From Phoronis australis (Eukaryota > Animalia > Phoronida), in the NCBI GenBank assembly GCA_002633005.1, contig NMRA01000203.1:280015-344014 (forward strand): a stretch of DNA of 64,000 bases, read 5' to 3'. Of this stretch, positions 1-12,400 are shown piece by piece (position 1 is the stretch's first letter; every line of letters starts with the position of its first letter). The position numbers were made by a program, and so were the translations under genes. The notes beneath the pieces were generated by a model. The model saw nothing but the letters and a program-made list of their open reading frames with translations. It searched no databases and had not been told where the DNA came from.

Positions 1-151
1 GCCAATTAGTTATGATTTAATTCAAGTGATACTTATTTCAAATGTTTCATCAGCAAGAAGTATTTATCTGTCAAAAACAGCTTTGAAAAGTATTCAAAGC
101 AGTCATTCTCTGGACAATTGATGTGAGTAGAAATTATAGTTGTATGATGAC

Positions 152-400
152 AACTATAATGTTGTTCAGAGATAGAACCTGTTGATAACTATAATGTTGT
201 TCAGAGATAGAACCTGTTGATAAGTATAATGTTGTTCAGAGATAGAACCTGTTGATAACTATAATGTTGTTCAGAGATAGAACCTGTTGATAACTATAAT
301 GTTGTTCAGAGATAGAACCTGTTGATAACTATAATGTTGTCCAGAGATAGAACCTGTTGATAACTATAATGTTGTTCAGAGACAGAACCTGTTGACAACT
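152..400. repeat. 35-bp minisatellite, about 7 copies
   Basis: Unit aactataatgttgttcagagatagaacctgttgat recurs at 152, 187, 222 and onward. Confidence 0.95.
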
Positions 401-414
401 TGCACTTGCTGAAG

Positions 415-3400
415 ATACCAGATGTTATAAAGAAAGTGGAACCACCAGCTCAAACAGTGCTCTGTCGTGAAGAGGTGGATCAGTGGAAGATGCTGGATGT
501 CATACCAGAAGTTAATTTAGAATACAGTGAAGGGGATGATGAAAGCCAAGGAGATGATGAAAGCCAAGGTGTCATCCAAGTGGCCGTGAAACAAACTCAG
601 CAGTCCCAGAAAGGTTATTTTAAAGTCTTACTTCTAACTCATCAGATGTTATTCAAAGTGGCTATCAATCTGCCATCAGTGAACTTTTTGATTTTTATCC
701 ATTACCACTATAAGCTTGGTATCGACTTGTTCCTTATACAGATGAGAAATGATTTATGAACTATGGAAGAGCTAGGCTGTCAGTTCAGTGGACCTTGAAA
801 TATGCTCTCCTCATAAAATGACTTAACTTCAAGTTGGTGCGATCTCAACTTTTCGCATGCTAAGGGAGCCCCTCTGTATAATCTGACCCAGTTTATTTAG
901 GTAAGTGTTCTAAATCTCTTACTTTGCTTTTGATGCCTGACAGGTTTATACCCACTTTTAGCCGAGTCAGCAGTATTTATCCTTGTAACAAACTTAATTG
1001 CTCACAAACAATGAGTCAGAGGTTAGTTTCTACCAATATCAGACTTGGATTCACTTGATACACCTGTGTGCACTAAACTGTTCATCACCATCATGATCAT
1101 CAGCACTGTGTTCACACCACAGCGCCCTCTATGTAATGCTTAGTGACATGCTTGTCATCACCATCCCCACCAGAACAGATGATGGTGATGATGATGACAA
1201 CTATGATAACGATCACGATGATTATCATTATCAGTGTGTAATTGTTTTGATTGCAGCTGAGTTGTGTAAGACACCAGTATCGTCTGAAAAACAGCCGTTT
1301 GAATGGTGAGTTATCTTAAACGTGTTTGTCTTTATCAGAATTAACATTGAAAAAGCCTGAAAAACATTGTTTTAAAAACCAATTTTTGCTTATAGATGAA
1401 AAATACGTCAGATTGATTCTATGATAAAAGCTCTCCAATTTCATACACAAATTATTGCCAAAAATGTCCCTTTTCATTTTTCAAGTACTTCAAAGACATT
1501 GCTGTGTTAATGGTCACATTTTTCCAAAACATTTTCCAACAGTAGCTATTGTACAGAACTTGAACTTGGAAAAGCATTCATTTGGTGCATTATGTCTTTC
1601 ATAGGAAAAGTGATAAAACAATACTAACACTTGTCGGCAGGCCGTCGTGTGTCATCAACATGCCTGAGAATCCTTCAGAAGGACCAGCTGCTTCTATTGT
1701 GTGTCAGTGATGTGTATAATGAGCTAATAAGCCATGCTGGAAACTTTAACTTTCCAATGAATAGTTCAACACTTGGGATGTTGTTGACAAAATCCTTATT
1801 ACATGACCAATTTTGAAAATCCAAGAACCCAGATAGTCTTTTACTCCTCTATTAGGTTTTATGGTTTCCATCGGTTTCCATGTCCCAAAAAGAAAATTGA
1901 GTAACAGAGCATGGATGGTTTCAAAAAACGTTTTATTTAGATATTGTTTTGATAAGAATAGTTGCCCTCACTATGTGGCTTTGTGAATAGAGTCTCCTCT
2001 ATTGATGACTAGCACCCCTAGTGAGACTGGAATGTGTATATTGGTTGGGCTGACTGTGTGGCATTTGAGAAATTCAAAAGATTTCTCTTTATTTCCTTTA
2101 AAGGAGATGTTTATAGTATGCTATTGTGTCCTAAATGGGTGAGATTTTAGGGTGAATATGAAATACCCCATGAAAGATATAATGATTAAGAATCAAACTA
2201 AACAGTATTATGATAATAAAAAATATGTACATTTCGAATGTGCAATGAATTACTGTGACATTTTGGTTGTACAGGTTATTGAGCAATTTATCTTGTTTAA
2301 ACAGTAAGGCTCCCAGAAAGTTGGCCAAATTTAGTAAAAGAAGAAGTGGAAAATTAGAGCCAAAGACCTCAACGTTTATTAGTGGGGAAGAAAACTGCCT
2401 CATTGGCTTGTCAGGGATTTCTGCAATACATAATGATGATACAAATGGTAAGTTTGTTATATTTAATTTAGTTTAAAATTGATACTTTTTGATTATGAGT
2501 CTGCTGTCCTAAAACAGCTTTTAAAGCTCCATCTATTGCTACGTTGTTTTTTTTTGAGTATAATGTTTGTTTTTGTTCTTTAAAGTCATTATTTTAAAAT
2601 GAATTTACTTAACTAGTAAAACTTTATTTTTGATACACTTTTGTTTTATTCATGCTCCAATCATTTTTAACAGTATTTGACCATTCTTTGTGAGCAGAGA
2701 ATTATCTTCTGATATCACTTATTTTAACAGTAATTGACCCTTCTTTGTGAGCGGAGAATTATCTTCTGATATCACTTATTTTAACAGTATTTGACCCTTC
2801 TTTGTGAGTGGAGAATTATCTTCTGATAACACTTACTTTTGTACCCACAGTCCTGTGTATGGAAGTTCATAAACTTGTCCTTAATCCAGCCATTTTTCAT
2901 TGTGTCTGAATTTGCCATCACTTACTCAAAATTCTTCATGATTTTGTTATATTTGTGACTTTTTACATTTACTGTAAATAATATTACAATGTAAATCACA
3001 ATGGACATATAAACGCACGCTGTCACTCTATGGTCGCTTAATTTTCAATATATTGAGCAAATTGTAATCCTCTATTTCTAATCTGCCAAGCTGTCTTTTC
3101 GAAAAATATGTTTCAGTGTATTCACAAATCATTACAAGATGGTAAAGTGCTCCCCAATCTTTGATGGTATATGTGATATTTTGCTGAAATCAGAATTGGT
3201 TTGTTAATTCCAAAAAGAACATAGCGTTCATTATTGTTCCTTTGCTAAAGTAAAACTCAAAAATATCTTCTCACAAGGTTCTGGTGTAGTTACAATGCAC
3301 AAACTAGAAAGATTATTGTCACAGCGTGACAATAACGGACTCTGCGCGTGCGTATTACTGGAATTATTATGGGAAGTTACTGACAGCAACCCGTTTACCA

Positions 3401-6400
3401 ATATGAAAAGGAATTCTTTAAAATTGTAGGAGAAATTACATATTAATTTTTTGATGACCTTTCCACTAATTGACCTCTTCCGGTGCATTATGAGCCCCGA
3501 TGAGGGAGTAATTGCTAACTTGATTAAAAGTGTGGTTAATGCTAAAAATCACAGATGTTTTACTTTAAGCACGTCAGAATACAAGATGAATGATTTGGTC
3601 AAATTTTCAGAAGAAAAATGCACCTAATGACCCCATGGGTGCACCAAATGACCTGAAAATTTAGAATTCAAACTGAATCGCACTTAGTAAGCAGATACAT
3701 AATTCTGAAGTCTCTAGCTCAAAATTTTAGTTTGCACTCAATGACCTTTGAACTATTGTTTCTGATTGGTTAGGCCTATTGCGAAGTAAAGTAGGGTATT
3801 TAATTGGCATGTTGACTTACANTATTTCTAATCTGTCAAGCTGTCTTTTCGAAAAATATGTTTCAGTGTGAGGTAATGGTGTTTTAAAATATTCACAAAT
3901 CATTACAAGATGGTAAAGTGCTCCCCAATCTTTGATGGTATATGTGATATTTTGCTGAAATCAGAATTGGTTTCCAAAAAGAACATAGCGTTCATTATTG
4001 TTCCTTTGCTAAAGTAAAACTCAAAAATATCTTCTCACAAGGTTCTGGTGTAGTTACAATGCACAAACTAGAAAGATTATTGTCACGGCGTGACAATAAC
4101 GGACTCTGCGCGTGTGTATTACTGGAATTATTATGGGAAGTTACTGACAGCAACCCGTTTACCAATATGAAAAGGAATTCTTTAAAATTGTAGGAGAAAT
4201 TACATATTAATTTTTTGATGACCTTTCCACTAATTGACCTCTTCCGGTGCATTATGAGCCCCGATGAGGGAGTAATTGCTAACTTGATTAAAAGTGTGGT
4301 TAATGCTAAAAATCACAGATGTTTTACTTTAAGCACGTCAGAATACAAGATGAATGATTTGGTCAAATTTTCAGAAGAAAAATGCACCTAATGACCCCAT
4401 GGGTGCACCAAATGACCTGAAAATTTAGAATTCAAACTGAATCGCACTTAGTAAGCAGATACATAATTCTGAAGTCTCTAGCTCAAAATTTTAGTTTGCA
4501 CTCAATGACCTTTGAACTATTGTTTCTGATTGGTTAGGCCTATTGCGAAGTAAAGTAGGGTATTTAATTGGCATGTTGACTTACACCAGTGTGCTGAAAT
4601 TGAAAAGAATTCCTTGAAAAACGTAAGAGATATAACATAATGAACGTTTCATGACTTTTGCACTAATTGACCTTATCTGGTGCATTTTAAGCATCTTTAG
4701 GGGCATTACTGCAAAGCCCATGGAAAATGTGTTCAACGCTGAGAATCACAGTTGTCTCACGGTTGACACATCAGAATACTTGCTGATTGAAAAGGTCAAT
4801 TTTTCAGAAGAAAAATGCACCTAATGACCCCATGTTTGCACTAAATGACCTGAAACTTTGGATTCCGATTTGATTTACCTTTGGCAATCAGACCTGTCAA
4901 TTTGAAGTGTCTAGCTCAAAATTTTAGTTTACACCTAATGACCTTTGACCTATTTCACCTGATTGGATGACCCGATTACTTAGAAAAGTAATTTTTTAAA
5001 TTGTCATGTTGACTTATACCGGTGCACCGAATTTGAAAAAGGTAGCTTTAAAACTGAAGGAGGAGTAGCATTTTGAAAATTATATGACCTTTGCACTAAA
5101 CGACCTCTTCCGGTGCAATATGTAATATGATTATATAACCAGGCAAAATTTATATACTGTCAAAAGTAATATGCTGAATTTAAAGACCGTACCTGCACCC
5201 AATTTGGAGTTATTAAGCCTCAAAGTTGGTCGGAAGAAGAATAAGAAGAATAAGAATAAGAATAAAATTGAAGAAAACCCAGGAACAACAGTACTCTGCG
5301 CTTACACGCGCAGAGTAATAAGTGCATCAAAGTTATTGGGGCTTTAATACAAAATGTACGTAGCAGAACACTTCGAGATGCCTGTTTTATAAAGACTTGA
5401 ATTTGTACACAATATTCTATAAACTAGTCAATACTGGAACCATCTCAATTTAACAGAATATTGTTTTCCAACATATAGTGAATTCATTACTCATCTGTGA
5501 AATCCAATTATCCTTAAAGATCGGTTTTATTATAATAATTTTGAATAAATATATCAAACATTGATCTACACCCTTTATTATTTTTTGTTTTCTGATTTAG
5601 CTCTTCTGCATAAGGGCATAGACGTAGCACAACTCTAGTATTTGAATTTCTATCACTGACCTAGGCAGACGGTATTGCTTTCCTAAACCCATAAAAGGAA
5701 TGTTACCATTAGTCTGAATGAAAACTTTTTACAAAAAGCGTCATAAGCTAGAAATATTCCATCATTATCCATTATATCAAATACAAATCTTACTCATCAA
5801 TCGTTTCATGACTTAAAAGATACTGACTTTTTGAGAATTCTAATTGAGGAGTTGTATCAGAACCAGCGAGCTTTCTATGTCAGAGGCCCGGGGTCGGAGG
5901 TTGTGACCTTTTGAGAAAAGCTGAATTAGTTTTTTTAAGTAATGCTTTTGCTCAAAACCAGTTGAAAACTTAAAAAAAGAAATAAGGTGAATCTATAAAT
6001 TAAGGTTTTGCAACTATTATAGCTTACTACACATTTTATCACGCTAAGCTTTGACTGGGAAAATATCGTCTGCTTGTAGAATACCACTTGTAACTGAGTA
6101 TAATGCTCAAGTCAAAGGATCCCACGATACCCGCATTCAAATTGGAGATCAGTGATTTATAAGTGAGAGAAAATGAGAAAATTTTCACTGAATTAAAATA
6201 TCGTTTTGATGGAAATTATGCGTCTTATTTTTCATAGCGTATACATGTCGGTGCAATGCCCTTTGTTGAACATGGGATTGTTGCGCGTGCTCATTTACGT
6301 ATTCTGTTTTTACATTTGATGATGTCAGCTGCTGAGTGGTGTAGTGGTAAAGTTGACGACTCGAAACACTTGCAGACCAGGTTCGAAACCGGCCTCGGTT

Positions 6401-9400
6401 TCCTGCCAAAATGTTATCTCACTCTGTTAGATAACTAAATGGGTTATTTCACAGTTGTATTGGTTATTCGAGGCTAATATTGTGCTATAAATGAGAATTT
6501 CTAAGTTCGCCAAAGTCTCCTGGGTCAGTGACACATATTCTTTCAAGATGTAAAAAATTTCCATCCAGAACATATTTTTAATTTGTGTTATCTCTAAAAC
6601 ACCAAAGAAATGTAAATTTTTCCCACAATGCTGGAGTCCAAACATATCCACAAGTTTGTTTTGCATTTACAAATCTACGGACCCACATAAGTTTCAGAGC
6701 CTGTAAGAAGCCGTTAACTTAAAAGTGGACCATTCTACATGCTCCACTGTCATAATCCTTTCTGATAACTGTTCTAACTCTTCTATTATTTTTCTGTCCC
6801 TGGAATTTTTTATGCTAACTGAATCTTGAAAATTCGCTAGTGTGAAAGTAACCATTGTCCCCCTGGAGAAATTGTCCGGCTTGCATGTATTTGAATGAAG
6901 CATCCGGGTAATCAGCTGAATAACGTGCCCATATGCTGGCATTTAAATACATGCAGCTAGGACATTCTCTACAGGGGGACAATCACAACTACCACACTGG
7001 GACACACAGAGCACGAGACATATAGAACCCTGTCCAATGCACAGAAAACTGGACACAGCACCTGGAACACATAGAACCCGGGACACATTGAGATGACACC
7101 CTGTTTCCCAAGCATTTAAAACAAATCAGATCTAACATTTTTTAAATTTATTTGGGGATAACGACCAGGATCAAAATTGTTCACCTTAAATGGAGATTGT
7201 AGCTAAAACTTCCACGCTTGTCCGCTTGGCGCCTGGGTTATTACGCAGAAGCTTGGGACACATGGAACCCGGGACACATAGAGCCCAAATTCCATAAAAC
7301 AGGAAGCACAGAACCTGGGATGCAAAGAACCCGAGATGCATAGAACCTAGGACTGGGAGCCTGGGACGCAAACTTACGCTCCTGAAAAGAGACAGGAGTG
7401 TGATAAACAGATGGGTTAATTTTGGTAATGGAATATTTTTTACCGACTGTAACCTTCCCAAGTGTCATGAGGCTTTGTCTAGACCAGGCATGCAATGCTT
7501 TATTTATTATTCTGTCTTTTTTCATCGTAGTTTAAATTTGGAATGTGTTTGAAGTATGTAATTTCCATACTAACAGTGAAAGTTTCACTGGTCCGTCTTA
7601 AGTTTCTTTGAGAACATAAGGTGGTCTCACAGCGTATCTTGGAAACAGTCCATACACACTGAGTTTTTTCGGTATTTGGTTTAAGACCTTTGAATTTGGC
7701 ATGCTGATGAAATAACAAATTAGTTTAAAGTATATTTAAATGAGAATTCTGACCCATCAAGAGTCATGACAGTGTCATCTACGTTCTGCAGAATTTTAAA
7801 TTGATGAGAGTTATTTATTGTCAGTGGTGCTTATTATATTACTGTTGAACCTAGTCATGCCCGGTGTTCGCCACGAGCCATGTTATGTTGCAGAGTAAAA
7901 CAAGATGAGATTGTGAATATTGTCATTTATTATTACATAAGTAGAAGAACTAAAGAGGACTGTGCAGGATGGGCATGAGAAACACCTCAAAATTCACATA
8001 AAGCCAAAAGGCATAGTTTGGTGTCTGGTTTATGTTTTTTGAGAATCGATGTAAAAAAAAACAAAAAAAACAGGGCAGATGGTCTGATGTCATTTGCGGT
8101 GCATCGATGAGAATCGATGTGGTGGAGCACTATTTTTATTTGATCACTTTCTCAAAAAATAAAATCCACTGAGGGGAGCCACTGTGGGATGTTTTTACTT
8201 GTCGCTTGGTTAGTCATGACCTTTCAACCCTTGTTTGTTCTTGTTTACTTGTCATTGTGCAGCTTTTTAAAAAACGAGAGGTTGGCTGAAATGCGGGCAA
8301 GCATTGCTCTTTGACCTAACATGATGACAGTGTGGGGATTAGCACTTCACCACCCATAATTTTGTAGTTTCTCAATTAAAACATTTTGGACATTTACTCT
8401 CACAAAGACAGCTAAGAGCTTAATTCCATTCGTAAGAGTTATGAGCTGTGTATTATACATTTTAAGGAGACGCCTCAACCAGAGCAAGTTCTTCACTGAA
8501 CAAGGTTTGTATGAGTTGATATTGTTTGTTACCACTTCTATTACTAAATGGGTTCTGGAGTTTTCCCAGTGGCCATTATCATTGGTCAAAATTTTCTAGT
8601 TTGTCACAAGACTGGCAAAACTGGATAAGCCGATAATTATAACTGCTGATCTATGCAGCCTTTTTGGAGGGATAAGAGTATTGTGTTGTTGGACATTATG
8701 CCTGAACTCTGCATGTTGGGCAAAATGAACTTGTGGGTATTGAAGGTATCTGAAGGTCACGTCTGGTTCAACAGACGGAGTTGAGAGTCATCGGTCTCGC
8801 AGATTTTTATGTATACAAAAGCAAAAGAAAACCATTCAATTTGTAAGAAAAGCAAAGTATCTTTGAACAAAAGGCTCTGAACAATTGTTGGAGGAGTTGT
8901 CTGAGATAAATTTGTGTAATTCTGTTCAACCTTCCCTTGAAGCATTTTATTCATGCTCCCATGAAAAAAATTAAGGAAATTCTCATCCCGAAAGCCAGTG
9001 AGAATCTCACTGGATTCCAGTGAGAATCTAAGATGCTATTCAAATTAGTGAGAAAAAATGTCACTCTTGTGAGAATACAGTGATTTTCCAGTTAGAATTC
9101 AGTGAGAATCTAATTTGCATAGTATTCCCACTCGGTGAGAATATGTCTTTCTGAAAATCTCAGTGAGTTAAAATTTGATCACTGCGTGAGAATTTTGAAC
9201 TTAAAAAATTTTGTGTACATTTTATATAGCCACTGACTGAATAGGTGAGAGTTCAAAGCTTTATTTGTAACCAAAACACTGCTTATTTTTGTGACTTTAT
9301 CTTGAAATTTGATTAAAGGTACAATTTAATTGCAAATTGTGAAATATAGCAGACTTAAACCAACAATTTTAATGCCTTTGGTGAATCAGCACAAATACTA

Positions 9401-12400
9401 AAAATTCAGCTGTCAACACAGAATGAAGACATCAGTCTAATACTGCATGGTGCTTCATGCACTCTGCTAGATGTATGAAATGTACTAACCTTTAAGCTTA
9501 TTAACACAGAAATTCAGTCCAGGGTCCCCTCTGGTTGACTTGCTGACAAACTGTTCTGTAATTTCACAATCTTTGTGAGAAAAACGTCAACAATCTTCAA
9601 GCTGTTTCTTTAACTGCTCATTCCTAGTGCCATTTTAGTTTGAATTCAGAAATCCGGTTCAACTGATTAGAAATTTCCACAGGAACAGCCAGTCGAGGTG
9701 TTTGTTCACTAAAATTCTCACTGAATTGTCACTCCAATTTTGGCAAGTCCAATTAGTTCTCACTCAATTCTCATTCAGAAATTTTTCTGTTTGTTCACTA
9801 AAATTCTCACTGAATTCTCACTCCAATTTTGGCAAGTCCAAATTCTCACTCAATTCTCATTCAGAAATTTTTCTAAGTCTGAAATTCTCACTGAAGTCTC
9901 ACTCAGATTTTTCCTAAAACCAAAATTCTCATTGGATTCTCACTGTTACATTTAACGTTTCTTACTCATTACGGCGTTTTCCCGTTGCTCCCAACTTGTT
10001 CGATTCTATAGCCCAACGACAAGTTGGGAAGTTTACCCCTGTAACCAATATCTTACACGACTGGTTAACTTCATTCTGGCATTCATGGTTGGAGGGCCAG
10101 CTCTCTTTTGTTCAATAATTGCTCTAATCTTCAATAAGATTGTATCTAGCCTGCTTGGGGAGGAGTGGAAATAATACCCTTACTATCTATCATCTTGTCT
10201 GTTTGACAGACTGCTGGAGGAGCAGAGGCTAGGGCTTTTCAACCAAGATGCTTGACAAGTACCCCAGTCAAAGATAACGAGAAAGGAAATTTAGAAAATA
10301 TGTGCGTAAGTAATATAAGGCTAAAATGTAGAACAATATCCTGACCATTACAAGGAGAAATGTATAGTTTAGTGTCTGCACATATAAAAGTGGTCGGTCC
10401 AGATAATCTTGGCCCTTGCATTCCTGGTACTGGTGTTGGAATTACCTGTTAGGCCCTTCAGGCTTTTTTAGTCTATATTTTTTCTCGTTTTACATTTTCT
10501 GTTAGGCCTTAAAGGCTTTTCTTAATTCTTTTGTTGTTCTTGTATTATTAAGAGCACTTTTATGTNCCCCCCCCCGTAGATCCGCCTCTGGACAGAGTTG
10601 AGAGTCATCGGTCTCGCAGATTTTTATGTATAAACAAAAGCAAAAGAAAACCATGACAATTTGTAAGAAAATCAAAGTATCTTTGAACAAAAGGCTCTGA
10701 ACAATTGTTGGAGGAGTTGTCTGAGATAAATTTATGTAATTCTGTTCAACCTTCCCTTGAAGCATTTTATTCATGCTCCCCCTTATGAAAAAAATTAAGG
10801 AAATTCTCATCCCGAAAGCCAGTGAGAATCTCACTGGATTCCAGTGAGAAGCTAAGATGCTGTTCAAATTATTGAGAAAAAATGTCACTCTTGTGAGAAT
10901 ACAGTGATTTTCCAGTTAGAATTCAGTGAGAATCTAATTTGCATAGTATTCCCACTCGGTGAGAATTTGTCTTTCTGAAAATCTCAGTGAGTTAAAATTT
11001 GATCACTGCGTGAGAATTTTGAACTTAGAAAATTTTGTGTGTACATTTTATATAGGCACTGACTGAATAAGTGAGAGTTCAAAGCTTTATTGGTAACCAG
11101 AACACTGCTTATTTTTGTGACTTTATCTTGAAATTTGATTAAAAGTACAATTTCATTGCAAATTGTGAAATATAGCAGACTTAAACTAACAATTTTAATG
11201 CCTTTGGTGAATCAGCACAAATACTAAAAATTCAGCTGTCAACACAGAATGAAGACATCAGTCTAATACTGCATGGTGCTTCATGCACTCTACTAGATGT
11301 ATAAAATGTACTAACCTTTAAGCTTATTAACACAGAAATTCAGCCCAGAGTCCCCTCTGGTTGACTTGCTGACAAACTGTTCAGTGATTTCACAATCTTT
11401 GTGAGAAAAACATCAACAATCTTCAAGCTGTTTCTTTAACTTCTCATTCCTAGTGCCATTTTAGTTTGAATTCAGAAATCCGGTTCAACTGATTAGAAAT
11501 TTCCACAGGAAAAGCCAGTCGAGGTGTTTGTTCACTAAAATTCTCACTGAGTTCTCACTCAAATTTTGGCAAGTCCAAGTTCTCACTCAATTCTCATTCA
11601 GAAATTTTTCTAAGTCTGAAATTCTCACTGGATTCTCACTCAGATTTTTCCTAAAACCAAAATTCTCATTGGATTCTCACTGTTACATGTAACATTTCTT
11701 ACTCATTACGGCGTTTTCCCCGTTGCCCCCAAATTGTTTGATTCTATAGCCAAACAACAAGTTGGTAAGTTTACCTGTGTAGCCAATATCTTACACGACT
11801 GATTAACTCCATTCTGGCATTCATGGTTGGAGGGCCAGCTCTCTTTTGTTCAATAATTGCTCTAATCTTCAATAAGATTGTATCCAGCCTGCTTGGGGAG
11901 GAGTGAAAATAATACCCTTACTATCTATCATCTTGTCTGTTTGACAGACTGCTGGAGGAGCAGAAGCTAGGGCTTTTCAACCAAGATGCTTGACAAGTAC
12001 CCCAGTCAAAGATAACGAGAAAGGAAATTTAGAAAATATGTGCGTAAGTAATATAAGGCTAAAATGTAGAACAATATCCTGACCATTACAAGGAGAAATG
12101 TATAGTTTAGTGTCTGCACATATAAAAGTGGTCGGTCCAGATAATCTTGGCCCTTGCATTCCTGGTACTGGTGTTGGAATTACCTGTTAGGCCCTTCAGG
12201 CTTTTTTAGTCTATATTTTTTCTCGTTTTACATTTTCTGTTAGGCCTTAAAGGCTTTTCTTAATTCTTTTGTTGTTCTTGTATTATTAAGAGCACTTTTA
12301 TGTACACACTGGTGATTTTCCATGCCCATCTTGCCGAGTATTCTTTATTTCTTCCTACTTACGTCATGATAAATGAAGTTATTCGCAATCCTCATGTTGT

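Noticed and set aside
54-122. Upstream exon of the unidentified gene
   Set aside because: It has plausible splice sites, but its only open frame does not match the phase of the acceptors I could find near 415.
152-400. 35-bp repeat array as a CRISPR array (also the 36-bp array at 12580)
   Set aside because: Units are head-to-tail with no unique spacers, there are no cas genes, and the context is eukaryotic.
3231-4252. Duplicated 85-aa ORF pair as a gene duplication
   Set aside because: Both span a HINE end within a probable haplotype overlap and show no protein-like features.
6331-6400. Functional tRNA-Ser(CGA)
   Set aside because: The anticodon stem does not pair and the long variable arm is missing; kept only as tRNA-like.
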